Position numbers and translations under genes: made by a program. Below are positions 1 through 13,792 of a DNA stretch of 64,000 nt, piece by piece (position 1 is the first letter of the stretch; every line of letters begins with the position of its first letter). Source of the stretch: Octopus vulgaris (Eukaryota); the NCBI GenBank assembly GCA_951406725.2, contig OX597840.1:16616001-16680000 (forward strand), read 5' to 3'. The notes beneath the pieces were generated by a model. That model saw only the letters and a program-made list of their open reading frames with translations, did no database searches and was not told the origin of the DNA.

Positions 1-293
1 TACATAAGTAATTTATTTAAAATAAAACCCATGCATTGTAAATGTGCATTCCAGAAAAAGGAACACAAGAACAGCCAACGTACGTAACTGAAATAACGAG
101 GTGTACTTAATAAAAATCTGAGTTTACAAGAGGATCCGGGCATTTACTCAGCATTTCGTTTGGTGTAAATGTGAAGTAAGCTCCTCACGCTATCCATCTT
201 GTAATGCGTTTTATATAATATTACTGAACGTTGTATCGAGTTATCACTTCACATCGATACAAAAGATGCCCTTTTATATGTATGTATGTATGT

Positions 294-295
<2 letters not shown>

Positions 296-364
<69 letters not shown>

Positions 365-812
365 TGAGTAAGTAAATAATAATAAGATATGAAGTTCTAT
401 TTTGTCTTTTCACTCAGAGGACGAAGATAAATCAAAACAGAATCCACCATTTATTGCGGATGGGATTATGTATCTGTTTAGAGAAGCCCGTGTAAGTATG
501 TATGTATGTGTGTATGTGTGTATGTATGTGTGTATGTATGTGTGTATGTGTGTATGTGTGTATGTATGTGTGTGTGTATGTATGTGTGTATGTGTGTATG
601 TATGTATGTATGTATGTATGTATGTATGTATGTGTGTGTGTGTGTATGTATGTATGTGTGTGCGTATGTATGTATGGATGTATTTATCTAACTATAGTAG
701 CCATCTTTCATTTAATTTCCTTGTGGCTACAGTATTCATATATATGTATGTATAAATAGGTATATATAGACGTATATATATGTAAATATATGCATACATA
801 CACATATCTACG

Positions 813-849
<37 letters not shown>

Positions 850-858
850 ATATCTATA

Positions 859-897
<39 letters not shown>

Positions 898-916
898 GTA
901 TGTATATATATATATG

Positions 917-981
<65 letters not shown>

Positions 982-986
982 GTATG

Positions 987-1038
<52 letters not shown>

Positions 1039-1269
1039 TATAAACATACATACATCAACATATGTGCGTGTGTATATATACAAACAAATAATAACCAGAT
1101 TTAATTCAGCTTTCTTTTAGCCATGATTTGTTACGTGTGTGTATGATTGTATGTCCGTCTATACAGACATGCTTACATACACTCATAGATAGATGGAAAG
1201 ATAGATAGATACATACATACATACATGCATAGATACATATATACATTCATACAAACATACATACATAAA

Positions 1270-1301
<32 letters not shown>

Positions 1302-1330
1302 CACATATACAAATACATACATACATATAC

Positions 1331-1390
<60 letters not shown>

Positions 1391-1480
1391 GGAGAGAGAG
1401 AGAGAGATAAACACACAGATATATACTCACACACACACATGCACTTACACACTTATATACGTACTTACACACACACTGGC
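296..1480. repeat. Compound microsatellite block (GA)n, (TATG/TG)n, (TA)n, (CATA)n
   Basis: Direct reading; explains the YI/VCM low-complexity ORFs. Confidence 0.95.
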
Positions 1481-2194
1481 ACTTACACGCATTTATACAT
1501 ACACTAGCATAGGCATAGTTACGTACTCACTCAGAGACACACAGACACACGCACACGCACGAACACACTCTTTCTCTCACACACTTACCCGTACACGTAC
1601 ACACACACACCCAGCCCCGTCCACCCTTCCATTTCCTATTGTTTTCCTTACCAGTACTAATATATATTATTAATTACTGTTAGAAAACAGAACGAAATAG
1701 TATTCAATATACAATTTCAGATAAAGTCTCTTGGCACTGGAATCTATCTGAATGCCTCGGTCGTTAAGCGAATTTTGTCTTAGTAACTGAATTCCGATTT
1801 CGAACCACAGCGTGGCCTCCTGGGCATGTTTTATTTAATTTATTTCTTGTCATTATCGCGGTTTGACATATCTTTTGAACGAAATTGGATTGTAATGATC
1901 TACGTAGACTATGCTGAATGTATCTTTGGATGGATGCGTGTATTAAGCATGAATGAATGTTTGTATTTTATTTGAGAACACACACTCACACACACACCGA
2001 CACACACGCGCGTGCACGCGCACAGTAAGACACTCTAGAGAGAGAGAGCTGAACAGCAGAGAGTCAGTCTTTACAGGAGCCCCCACCTTATGCAAATGTT
2101 CCGGCCTTCAATCCCTTAAGGGGCAAGCCCGCATCCTGGATGCCCCTCTGCTTCCACGTTCTGTGGCAATATATAAAATGTAACTCTCCCTGAC

Positions 2195-3400
2195 GGTCAA
2201 GGTGTTCCAGAGCCAATTTCAAAGTTTCTCATTAATAACTGCTTTGTTTCTTTCCAGGTAAACTGACTTCTGACTGTTCCAAGAAGACTTCAAAAGTAAC
2301 TCGTAGTGACTTCTCTCGAAAATGGCCAAAATTGAGCATCGTGGTGTTATCAAATACTTGCAGAAAAGCGGTTTGGTCCCCAACGACATTCATGACGTCA
2401 TGGTTGCTACATTAGGGGATATAACTTTATCAACCGCGCTAAAGTGGGCAGCTGAATTTAGGAGGAGAAGGGAGAGTGTTGACAATGACCCAAGGTCTAG
2501 ACGTCCTGCAACAGCCACTTCCAAGGAAAACGTTGATTTGTGTTCACCACATGCTGATGGATGACAGGCAACCAATGCTATTGGCAAATTCCGTGAGAAA
2601 GTTGAGAATATTCTGCAGAATGAACTTGACATGACAAAGGCTTCTGCTCGCTAGTTGCTATGTCTTCTGTCACCTGACCGAAAGCTCACAAGACTGATTT
2701 CATCACGGGAAAATCTGACATTGTTTCAGGCAGATCCAGCTGGTTTCCTTAAACGTTTCCTAAGCTATAATGACTGTTGGCTTCATCACTTTGAGCCAGA
2801 GACAAAGACACAATTCATGCAGTGAAAACACCCCCTCCTCACCTGCTCCAAAGGAGGCCAAGGTCGTTTCATCCGCAGGAAAAGTGATGGCTTCAGTTGT
2901 TTTTAGGTGTAAAAAGCATTGTGTTTATTGACTATCTTCAAAAGGGCCACACCATCAATGGAGGTACTATACCAACTTGCTGAGGCAGTTACGAAATGTT
3001 ATGAAGAACAAACACCTTGGAAAACCGACGAAAGGGGTCTTATTTCATCAGAGCAATGCTCCAGCACACAAGTCCTTGGTTTCAATGGCTGTTGTGCATA
3101 AGTGTGGCTTTCAAGAGGTTGATCTCCTTTCTTGATTTGGCTCCATCTGATTTCTCCAACAGGAAAAAAAAAAATAAACCACTTGGCTGGAAAGCAGTAT
3201 TGCAGTGATGATGACATCACATTTGCTTCACATCACATTTTTTTCTGAGCAACAGAATGTAAGTTTCTTCTCTACGAATGGGATTCAAGCACTGTAGTAC
3301 CAACAGAAGAAATGTGTGGACCGCAAGGGTGACTATGTTGAAAAGTAAACCTAATTTGGTCACATTATATGAGTGTATCTTGATCAGGCCGATCCTCGTA
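2195..3400 (+). mobile_element. Decayed mariner (DD34D) transposon
   Basis: MAKIEHRGVIKYLQ start at 2322, KWAAEFRR..DPRSRRP HTH, HHFEPETK, SAGKVMASV, DLAPSDF across frameshifts and stops; right end ..cctcgTA. Confidence 0.85.
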
Positions 3401-3499
3401 CTTTGGTGTCAAGACTAATTCATTTGAAACGCCAGTTGACTGCACCGGAAGTTATGCATTTCCTTGATCAGATCCAGTTGAAGCCCTTCTCATCTGTTT

Positions 3500-3673
3500 C
3501 TTATCTCTTTACTACCCACGAAGGGCTACACACAGAGGGGACAAACAAGGACAGACAAACGGATTAAGTCGATTAAGTGATTTACTGGTACTTATTTAAT
3601 CGACCCCGAAAGGATGAAAGGCAAAATCAACCTCGGCGGAATTTGAACTCCGAACGTAGCGGCAGACGAAATA
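3500..3673 (-). mobile_element. SINE family C copy (partial)
   Basis: Reverse complement of gttcaaattccgccgagg..gcctttcatcctttcggggtcgat; matches 61895-62105. Confidence 0.8.
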
Positions 3674-3677
3674 TATA

Positions 3678-3970
3678 TAAGGATAAGATCGTTATTTAAA
3701 TATCGAACATATTAAGTGGCCAGCATGGGAATAAAAACCTTGAAAGGTAATAATTATTATTAAAATTATAAGTTAGGGTATCTAAGAGATACGACCACGC
3801 TTAAAATAGCAGCCAAAACTTGACTCTAAAACCACATTAAATCTTCATACAGCACTAGGAGAAATGACAAAAAGACAAAATAAACTAGTAAAAAATTTAC
3901 TGGATAATTCCAGATCCCCGGATTTCTGGTTCTGCATAAGAAATGCCTTGCCTCTTCAGTGAAATATACA
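3678..3970 (-). repeat. Penelope-like terminal-repeat fragment with degenerate hammerhead
   Basis: Homologous to 54640-54820; minus strand has ttca-CTGAAGA..TA-tgaa but the GAAA is lost. Confidence 0.5.
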
Positions 3971-3977
3971 CAGTATA

Positions 3978-4024
<47 letters not shown>

Positions 4025-4028
<4 letters not shown>

Positions 4029-4215
4029 ATTCGCAGTCGTAGAACGGTGGTTTCGATTCCCAGACCAGGCATTGAGCGAAAACACCTAAAGCTCCACGAG
4101 ACTCTGGCAGGGGGTGGTGGCAAACCCTGCTGTACTCTTTCACCACAACTTTCTCTCACTCTTTCTTCCTGTTTCTGTTGTATCTGCATTTAAAAGGGCC
4201 AGCCTTGTCACACTC
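4025..4215 (+). mobile_element. tRNA-derived SINE family A (partial)
   Basis: gcggattcgcagtcg..ttcgattcccagacc B-box-like head plus core shared with 12146, 37580, 47229. Confidence 0.8.
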
Positions 4216-4336
4216 TGACTTATACACGCCCTGATACCGTCGGTATCTACATATCAAATTTGAGCGCAATCGGATGGAGGATGCCCGAGATCCTAGAAGA
4301 CACACACACACACACACACACAGAAAGACAGAACGG

Positions 4337-4381
<45 letters not shown>

Positions 4382-4407
4382 TTATTTATATGAAAATGTT
4401 TGCGTAT

Positions 4408-4726
4408 ATTCTTTTATTCTTTCACTTGTTTCAGACATTCGGCTGCGGCCATGATGGGGCACCGCCTTAAAGGGTTTTAATCGAAGAAATCGACCCCAAA
4501 AGTTATTCTTTGTAAGCCGGTCACTTATTCTATCGGTCTCTTTTGCCGAACCGAGTGATGGTGGGCGGACAAACACGGACGTAAAGACACATACACACAC
4601 ACGACGGGCTTCTTTCAGTTTCCGTCTACCAAATCCACTCACAAGGCTTTGGTCAGCCCGAGGCTATAGTAGAAGAATACTTCCACCCAAGATGCCATGC
4701 AATGAGACTGAACCCGGAACTATGTG

Positions 4727-4727
<1 letters not shown>
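4408..4727 (-). mobile_element. SINE family B copy
   Basis: cttctttcagtttccgtctaccaaatccactcacaaggctttgg, recurring many times in the window. Confidence 0.85.
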
Positions 4728-4779
<52 letters not shown>

Positions 4780-4797
4780 TGTGTGTGTGTATGTGTG

Positions 4798-4854
<57 letters not shown>

Positions 4855-5224
4855 TTTATTGTGTATGCTCATATACAAACATTTATAAATATATGTACAC
4901 GTATAAACATGTGTGTACGTATACATATAAGAATATGTTTACGTATATTTACGCACGCACACACACGTATACATATTTATATTTATAAACATACAGACTA
5001 TGTATGTAGCTATATACATGCAGACATGTATATATATATGTGTGTGTATGTGTGTGTGTATGCTCATATACAAACATTTATAAATATATGCGGCCATGAT
5101 GGAGCACCGCCTTAAAGGGTTTTAATCGAAGAAATCGACCCCAGAAGTTATATGTGTATGTGTGTGTGAGTGTATACGCACACACATACACACACACGCA
5201 CGCACGCACACGCACGCACGCACA

Positions 5225-6388
5225 CTACTTGCAATTTCCCTTTTTTATGAATAAGTGTTGAACACGAATATATTTAAAGAGCTCGACTTCTTCCGGAAGT
5301 ACCTGATGAATATTCTAGTTGTGGTAACAACTGTTTCAAATATGAATGAATTAATCGGAATGTGCACGATATTGTAGCAAACTCTAACAATACAGTCACG
5401 TGAACCTGGAATTTTAAATGATTCTATGTATATTTGAGTGTGTAACCGCACAGATTGCTCTATAATTATAATGTTGAGCATACCCTATTAAAAATGGACC
5501 ATATAACATTATATGCATCACAAGACATTGCTATATGTAATTCCCGGGAAAGCGGGTCTTATCTCTTGGTTCCGTTCTCATAATTGTTTCGCTAATCCAA
5601 TAATAACAATACAAAGTATGTAGCCCTTAAAACGGTTTTTGTGCATTTACAGAGAATACCGAACTGTCTTACACAGGATCTTGTTTTTAAGAATTCCCAA
5701 TAAATTATGAATACCCAAATTGTGAAGTCAGTTACGTAATAACATGGAATTAGTTACCAGATAGTGAGAATTCAAATAAAGTATCCCCGAAAAGGGCTTT
5801 AATGCGTTCCCGGAGTATATAGAACATAGGAGGAAATACTAATAAGGTAGGTATACTAAAATCGTGAAGCGTGTTATTTAATAACAGGCTAATCAGATAT
5901 GAGATAATAACAATTCAAAGTAAATTAGTCTGAAAAGGGCTTTTGTGAGTTCCCAGAGAATATTAACCTCAGGCGCGCTAGTGTTGGTATATTCGTGAAT
6001 AAGTCACTAACTGAAATAAGTGGTTCTATTGTTTAGGAAAATACTATTTACTTGTTTAAGGGTTGTACTGGATAAATTGCGAAAATAACTCTAAACGATC
6101 AAATACTAAGAAGTAAGCATGCTCAATTTCATTTCTACCAAATAATTAGGAAAATGAATGGGTTATCTCCCTTAGTTTTTAAAATAAAATATACTACTTA
6201 TATATAAGGATCCCTTCCAGGGGCCCTATTATCGACTTTTTCAACAATCTGAGTATACCATGAGGTTTCCAGACATGAGTTCTACTCACTCGTCAAGTTT
6301 CATCAAAATCGATAAAACGATGTAGGAGGAGTTAGCTAACAACTCCACAAGCACACCCACAGACAGAATTTCCCACATATGTAGTAGA
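5225..6388 (-). mobile_element. Probable non-autonomous Helitron-like element with decayed internal tandem subrepeats
   Basis: Ends aagtttcatcaaaatcg..acagacag..gtagA|T (minus 5' TC); gaaaagggcttt..ttccc(g/a)gag(t/a)atatt recurs near 5625, 5786, 5930. Confidence 0.45.
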
Positions 6389-7037
6389 TTTATTTATTCA
6401 ATTATTTATTTATTTATTCTTCTCTCGCTCAGTTGACATATTTTTTATACCGTGTTAAATGCAAAGAAGTTCGTTGATGAAGTATTGTATACATTCTGTT
6501 TGTTTGCATGGAGTCAACACGCCTATATAGTTATATAAATTTATCTTTCATTGCGTATTTATTTTATAAGTTGATTGTGTTACAAATTATAATGTCTGAG
6601 GATGTGAATGAGCCATAATAATTTCAGCGGTGTAGTTCGCATGAAGGATTGTAGTACAGGAATAGAAAATGAAAAAAAGGAAAATAAAAACTCGAAACGA
6701 CAGTAAAAAACATTTAGTAAAAACGGCAGGTAGTGGAGCTAACCCATGCGTGGTTGCATAAAATAATGCAGAAAGCTTTACAAAAATCCTTTATATTTCG
6801 GGTGCAAAGGCCTATCCTCAGAAGGAAGCAGTCTAAGAAATTTCTACATTAATTTCGTTATTTCAAATTGCTCGGCGTTTGGGTGGGCAGCAGCAGCAAC
6901 TCTTCAACTGTTGATGCAAGCAACTCTGAAAGGGTTGGTCGTGATCGTTGTGAGGTATTGTCACACGGTGGTGGTGGGAAATGGTATTGGTGGCATACGT
7001 TATGGTGTTGGCCGTGGACGGCGCTGCATATAATATA

Positions 7038-8210
7038 TTGGGTTGGCAACTATGTTCCCGCCGTTTTAAAAAATTTTAGAATTCATTGCGTTTTTAAATT
7101 TTGGAATCTATTTTTTTCGAGAATTCTATTTGTGAATCATTTGGAAATCTATTTTGTTTTATTTTGTTTTTTTTTCTAGTTAATTTTTTGTTAATTTTCG
7201 TTCATTAAATTTTTGATCATTAAAATGGAATGTCAAGTTAAGAAAAACGAGCATTTTCGACACCTCCTTCTTTTTGCTTTTAATCAAAGTTCTAAGGCCG
7301 CAAAAGCTGCTCACAACATTTGTGCTGTGTATGGAGAGGGTGCCATAGCTGAAAGAACCGCTCGTGATTGGTATACCAAGTTCAAAAATTGAAATTTTGA
7401 CCTCAAAGACGCACCTCGTTCTGGCCGTCCTGTTGAGTTCGATGAAGAACAATTAAACCAACTTTGCACGAAAATTCTCGTCAAACGACGGAAACTGGCA
7501 GAGAAAATGGAATGCTCCCACACCACTATAGAGAAGCATCTTCACTCAATGGGAAAGGTTCAGAAGTATGGAGCATGAGTTCCGCATGCTTTAAGTGACA
7601 ACAACAAAAATCAACGAGCCAAAATCTCTGCTGGTTTACTTGCTCGTCACCGCTAAACTCATGAACACAAGCAACGATCTCTTTACCGAATTGTTAATGG
7701 CGACGAAAAATGGTGCCTGTACATCAATATGAAAACAAGCGACGCGTGAAGCAAGATCTTCTTCCGCGTAAAACGATGTTGTGCGTATTGTGGCACTGGG
7801 AAGGGATTATCCATTACGAATTGCTTGAACGGAACCAAACGGTCAATGCGGAACTCTATGTTCGAAAGATGGAACGACTCAACACAGCTATTCAAGAGAA
7901 AAGACCTCATTGGCAGCATGCACGACCTACTGCACGACAACGCCCGCCCTCATATCACCAATATGACCAAGGAAGCCATTCAAACACATGGCTGGGAAGT
8001 GCTGCCACACCCGCCGTACTCTCCTGATTTGGCACCAACAGATTTCCTCCTTTTTCGATCTCTTGCAAATGCTGTACACAGAGTTTCATTCAATACTGAT
8101 GCAGAATTAAGAGCTTGGTTGGATCAATTTTTCGAGTCGAAATCGGGGTATTTCTACCAACGAGGTATTGAAAATCTTGTTGAACGTTAGGAAGAAGTTG
8201 TAAATAATCA
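7038..8210 (+). mobile_element. Decayed mariner transposon, right TIR lost
   Basis: TA+ttgggttggcaacta TIR; MECQVKKNEHFRH start near 7225; GDEKW, LHDNARPH, HPPYSPDLAPTDF (DD34D). Confidence 0.92.
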
Positions 8211-8485
8211 TGGTGTAACCCACTATGGTGTGGTAAACTTTCCAGACCCTAGTCTAGATTGCGAATCCTCTGTACCCCAGGATGGTTCAGCTCTCCACCC
8301 GTTAAAAGCCACCGTTTACGGAATGAGGATAACAACGTAGCTTTTGCGCCCGTGCAACCGCCAGTCTATTGCGTGTGGTGGGTGGATCTTCAAGTTGCCA
8401 CACGCATTCTTAGTAGCTTAGAGTAGGCTCGAATTAGAGATTATTCTTTGTGGCTAATGGTGTGAGTCCTGATTGGAAGAAGAAG
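8210..8485 (+). repeat. Isolated 3' tail module, same as the tail of the SINE at 47229-47770
   Basis: Near-identical to 47442-47715; ends in (gaa)n. Confidence 0.85.
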
Positions 8486-8991
8486 ACAACAACAAGAACA
8501 ATGACAATGATGACACTTACACCAACATCACCAACAACGAGCGTTGACCTGGAGTTTAAACAATACAACATCAATAACAAATACCACTACCACCACCACC
8601 ACCACCACCACCGGTGGTGAATCCGGCGTCAACAAGAGATTGCTCGCTCCGCTGGTTTCTAACAAGAAGGGACAAGCCATAAACCAAAGATGGCTTCATG
8701 ATTAATTATAGATGATTCAGCAGAAATGATTTTTGTTTATAAATAATTTTCTTCTAATTTATGATGTCTTCCTGTCGTTTTGTTCTCTCCATTATTTCTT
8801 TCTTCATCCGTTTCCTATTTCGCCGAGTGTAAGTAGAGATAGGGGTGAAGGTGCTGTTTGGTTGTTTGGGTATGTGTACGAGTGTGTCAGTATGTGTGTG
8901 CGTGCGTGTGTGTGTGTGTGTGTTTGTATTTATGTATATATATGTATGTGCGCAAATATATGTATGTACATATATATATGTATATATATAC

Positions 8992-9058
<67 letters not shown>

Positions 9059-9074
9059 CATATATATATATATG

Positions 9075-9182
<108 letters not shown>

Positions 9183-9203
9183 GCATTCTTTTTGTCTCGG
9201 GAG

Positions 9204-9263
<60 letters not shown>

Positions 9264-9281
9264 CATGTATGTATATGTATG

Positions 9282-9409
9282 TCATTATTCAGTCATATTT
9301 CAAGATTTCTTGCCAATAGAGAAAAAGCCGGTTTCTAATCTAGATCCAAGGCTTCTTTATTGTAATTTCAACATCAACAACAGTGTATGTATGTATGTAT
9401 GATTGTATG

Positions 9410-9440
<31 letters not shown>

Positions 9441-10151
9441 GTGTGCAGATTTGTATCTTTTGTTTCATGTATGTATTCTCCTGCATATAGTTACAAGTCT
9501 AGAGTTGCTCATATATACTTAAATGATAAACTTCTGGAAAGTTTTACTGATTTTTACAGTTCCAGTGATGGATTAAATCTGTTGTCTTTGGATCAGCCTT
9601 CTCCTTTCTGGTTTTGAAAAGCTTAATTTCTCAAGATTGATATTTAGCAGTGTGTTATATATCCCAGTGCCCCAATAATTACAGGTATAAACCTGAACTT
9701 GTAATATAGATAGAGTAAGTGCAGATAGTTCTGCATAGGTGTTCTCTTTTTCACTTATCTTCAGCTTTATGTTAACATCCACTGGGCTGCTAATTTCCAC
9801 AACTGTGCACAGTTTCTCTTCTCTATCCCAAATCATTATATCAGGTCTGTTGTGCTTACATTTTATTGAGGTTTTCACTGGGACATTCCAGCGGTATTCC
9901 CTTTTTATTACGAGTGGCTATGGTTTCTACCATATTGTGGGTTCTTATTTCTGTCCTCGGGGTTATCCTTCCGACGGATTTCATTATAGAGTGTCCTGGT
10001 TACACCATCTTGTCGCATCAGTAGATTATACCGTGATGACATTTTCAGACAACTGCTTATCATGTGCGTGATATCTTCAGTGTGAACTCCACAAAGTCTG
10101 CATTGGTTGTCACATTTTACTGCTTTTCCTGCATCTCTATCCCTTTTCTGG
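9282..10151 (-). mobile_element. 3' fragment of RLE-type (R4/Dong-like) non-LTR retrotransposon in a (CATA)n tract
   Basis: CRLCG..EDITHMISSC CCHC finger, RQD, RPDIMIWD..VEIS (PD-D/E) endonuclease; (TATG)n at both ends and within the 3' region. Confidence 0.85.
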
Positions 10152-10204
10152 TATGTATGTATGTATGTATGTATGTATGTATGTATGTATGTATGTATAG
10201 TTTG

Positions 10205-10428
10205 TATGGGGGTGGGGTGCTGAAAAGTTGCTGACTTTAGGTACATGAAAATACAGGAGGATCAGTTAATTATGATTTTATTTAACATATTCCCCACTCA
10301 GATTCACACACTTACAGCAGCAGTCCTTCAGTTTTTCTAAGCCCTGTAAAAGAATTTGGAAATTTGGGCCTTCAGCCAAGCTCTTCGTGATATCCTTAAA
10401 GCCAGGAACTTTTCAGCATGCCTTTGTA
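10205..10428. mobile_element. Mariner-type MITE
   Basis: TIRs gtgctgaaaagttgctgacttta / taaagccaggaacttttcagcat, flanked by TA. Confidence 0.7.
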
Positions 10429-10810
10429 TATGTATACATACATACATACATACATACATACATACATACATACATACATACATACATACATACATACATA
10501 AAACATAATATGTTATACATGTATGTATATTCTTGTAAATGTCATTTTAGTAAATAAATATATAAGTTAACATAATATACTGTCTAAAAGTTGATGACTA
10601 CCACCTATTGATCCCCTCCATTTCCTTATTGCTCTATAAATTAATGGTAAAATAACTCTTTACCCTCACACATTTAGTACACTCGGTAATGCAATTGCAA
10701 TGCAATAAAGAAAACACTTGTGTATTAATAATTGGGTATTCTACCAGCAGTAGATTGGATAGATATTATCCCTTAGTTGGTTGGATTCACAACCCCTAAC
10801 TCTCTTGGAA

Positions 10811-10855
<45 letters not shown>

Positions 10856-10944
10856 ATAATAAATATTAGGGAATAAATCCAAATTTACAGGGAAAAAAAA
10901 TCAGATTTAGGATTAAATCCAATTTTATAGTAAAATATTATAAA

Positions 10945-11180
10945 ATATTATTAGAGACAAAACCACTATTTTGCAAAACAAACAAGGAAAGACTTAATCA
11001 ATACATAAAATTTTAATAAATAGTCAAAAAAACCGCCACTACAATTGTTTCTTGTCTTGATCGACAATCTTCAGGTGGACTTCCAATTTACAAGTCAGTT
11101 TCAAATTATTAAAATTTTATGTATTGATTAAGTCTTTCCTTGTTTGTTTTGCAAAATAGTGGTTTTGTCTCTAATAATAT
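10945..11180. repeat. Perfect ~75-bp inverted repeat with a hammerhead in the spacer
   Basis: 10945-11019 is the exact reverse complement of 11106-11180. Confidence 0.92.
11036..11078 (-). ncRNA. Type I hammerhead ribozyme motif
   Basis: ccac-CTGAAGA-ttgtc(gatcaa)gacaa-GAAA-caattg-TA-gtgg; all three stems pair, stem III palindromic. Confidence 0.8.
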
Positions 11181-11384
11181 CTTATTTTATATATATATAT
11201 ATGATGGATTCTCTTGTCGCGTACGATAAAGGAGGGTTCAGTAAAATAAAGCGTTTATCCTATTCTATGGACACGAAAGTGTCTCTTGCGGCCTGCTGGT
11301 GCCTTGCAATCCTTCTAGCAAATGGAACAATTTGGGGGCTCAGTTTTCTCGAGTGCTTGTGGATTGTTTACTATGCGTTTTACT

Positions 11385-11568
11385 TCTTCAAGTCATTAAA
11401 CCACAGCCGTGCTGGGGCACCGCTTCGAAGAACTTTTAGTCGAAGGAATTGACCCCATTACTATTCTTTTAAGCCTGGTACTTATTATATCGATCCGTTT
11501 TGCCGAGCCGATAGGTTATTGGGACGACGTAAACATACCAACACTGGTTGTCAAGCATTGGTGGGGAT

Positions 11569-11646
<78 letters not shown>

Positions 11647-11765
11647 CGGTCTTCTTCCAGTTTTCGTCCAAATCCACTCACAACGATTTGGTTGGTCCCG
11701 GGGCGATAGAAGACTAAACCTAGAACCATGTGGTAGGGAAGTAAGGTTGGTACCCCACAGCCGTA
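11385..11765 (-). mobile_element. SINE family B copy with internal (CA)n
   Basis: Homology to the other B copies. Confidence 0.8.
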
Positions 11766-11919
11766 GGTTTTGGGTGATGCAAACAGGAAAAATAGAGTCA
11801 AAATTTGAGTAAATGTATATTTTTATTATTATTTAGCTCAAGCAACACAGTGACTCAAGGGCCGAGAGTTTCGTGTGTTAGCACTTATCAAACTTTATAT
11901 ATATACTTTATATATAACA

Positions 11920-12490
11920 GAAACAAGAAAAAAGAATGAAAGAAAATCGTGGTGAAAGAGTACAGCAGGGTTCGCCACCACCCCTTGCCGGAGCCTCGTG
12001 GAGCTTTAGGTGTTTTCGCTCAGTAAACACTCACAACGCCCGGTCTGGGAATCGAAACCGCGAGTCCGCTACCCTAATAACTGGGCCTTTATATATATGT
12101 GTATGTGTGTGTGTGTGTGTGTGCGTGCGTGTGTGCGTGTGTGTGTGGAGGCGGAATGGTCCAGTGGTTAGGGCAGCGGATTCGCGGTCGCGTTGAGAGT
12201 GGTTATTGAGCTAAAAGACGTAAAGTTCCACGAGGCTCCGGCAGGGGGTGGTGGCGAACCCTGCTGTACTCTTTCACCACAATTTTCTCTCACTTTTTCT
12301 TCCTGTTTCTGTTGTACCTGTATTTCAAAGGGCCAGTCTTGTTACACTCTGTGTCACGCTGAATCTCCCCCGGTACACCTGTCTGTGGAGTGCTCAGCCA
12401 CTATGCACATTAATTTCACGAGCAGGCTGTTCCATTTATCGGATCAACTGGAACCCCCTTCGTCGTAATCGACGGAGTGCCACGACGACG
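11920..12490. mobile_element. Two divergently oriented SINE family A copies (11920-12087 minus; 12146-12490 plus)
   Basis: ggaggcggaatggtccagtggttagggcagcgga tRNA-like head; shared core ccctgctgtactctttcaccac. Confidence 0.8.
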
Positions 12491-12492
12491 GC

Positions 12493-12565
<73 letters not shown>

Positions 12566-12570
12566 ACAAT

Positions 12571-12731
12571 GCGCAGGAGTGGTTGTGTGGTAAGAAGCTT
12601 GCTTACCAACTACATGGTTCTGGGTTCAGTCTCACTGCATGGAACCTTGTGCAAGTGTTTTCTGCTATAGCCTCGGGCCAACCAAAGCCTTGTGAGTGGA
12701 TTTGGTGGACGGAAACTGAAAGAAGCCTGTC

Positions 12732-12827
<96 letters not shown>

Positions 12828-12981
12828 CGATAGATAGATAGATAGATAGATAGATATAGATAGATAGATAGATAGATCGATCGATAGATAGATAGATAGA
12901 TAGATAGATGGATAGATAGATAGATAGATAGATCGATCGATCGATCGATAGATAGATAGATAGATAGATCGATCGATCGAT

Positions 12982-13016
<35 letters not shown>

Positions 13017-13017
13017 C

Positions 13018-13052
<35 letters not shown>

Positions 13053-13081
13053 CGATAGATAGATAGATAGATAGATAGATC

Positions 13082-13124
<43 letters not shown>

Positions 13125-13165
13125 CGATCGATCGATCGATAGATAGATAGATAGATAGATATGAT

Positions 13166-13233
<68 letters not shown>

Positions 13234-13470
13234 TATAATACCGTGATGAAATATATGTGTATAAGTTTGTGTGTGTGTGTTTGCCGCCTCACCATCGCTT
13301 GACAACAGATGTTGCTGTGTTTACGTCACGTAACTTAGCGGTTCGGCATAAGAAAACGATAGAATAAGTAATAGGTTTACGAGGAATAAATCCTGGGGTT
13401 GCTTTCTTCGACCAAAGATGGTGCACCAGCATGGCCACAGTCAAATGACTGAAACAAATAAAAGAATAAA
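12571..13470 (+). mobile_element. SINE family B with ~450 bp (GATA)n expansion at its internal microsatellite
   Basis: Head 12571-12733, (TA)n/(GATA)n 12733-13235, body and tail 13270-13470. Confidence 0.8.
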
Positions 13471-13507
13471 AGTATATATAACCATCCAATATGTATATAT
13501 AAATATA

Positions 13508-13561
<54 letters not shown>

Positions 13562-13589
13562 TATATATATATATATACACATATTGGAT

Positions 13590-13755
13590 GGGTAGTTAAG
13601 AAGCTTGCTTTGTAACCTCTCAGTTTTGGGTTCGGTCCCGCTGTACGGCACTAGAGACAAGTTTTTCTTAATATAGTCCTGGACAAATCAATACTTTGTG
13701 AGTGAACTTGGTTGTGAGAAATTGCGTAGAAATTTGTCGTGTATATATATGTATG

Positions 13756-13792
<37 letters not shown>

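Noticed and set aside
5298-5362. CTGATGA-atatt..aatat-GAAT as a hammerhead
   Set aside because: GAAA is broken and stems I and III cannot be formed adjacent to the core.
5540-5965. Spaced gaaaagggcttt repeats as a CRISPR-like array
   Set aside because: Units are long, degenerate and irregular in a eukaryotic context with no cas genes; better explained as decayed tandem subrepeats.
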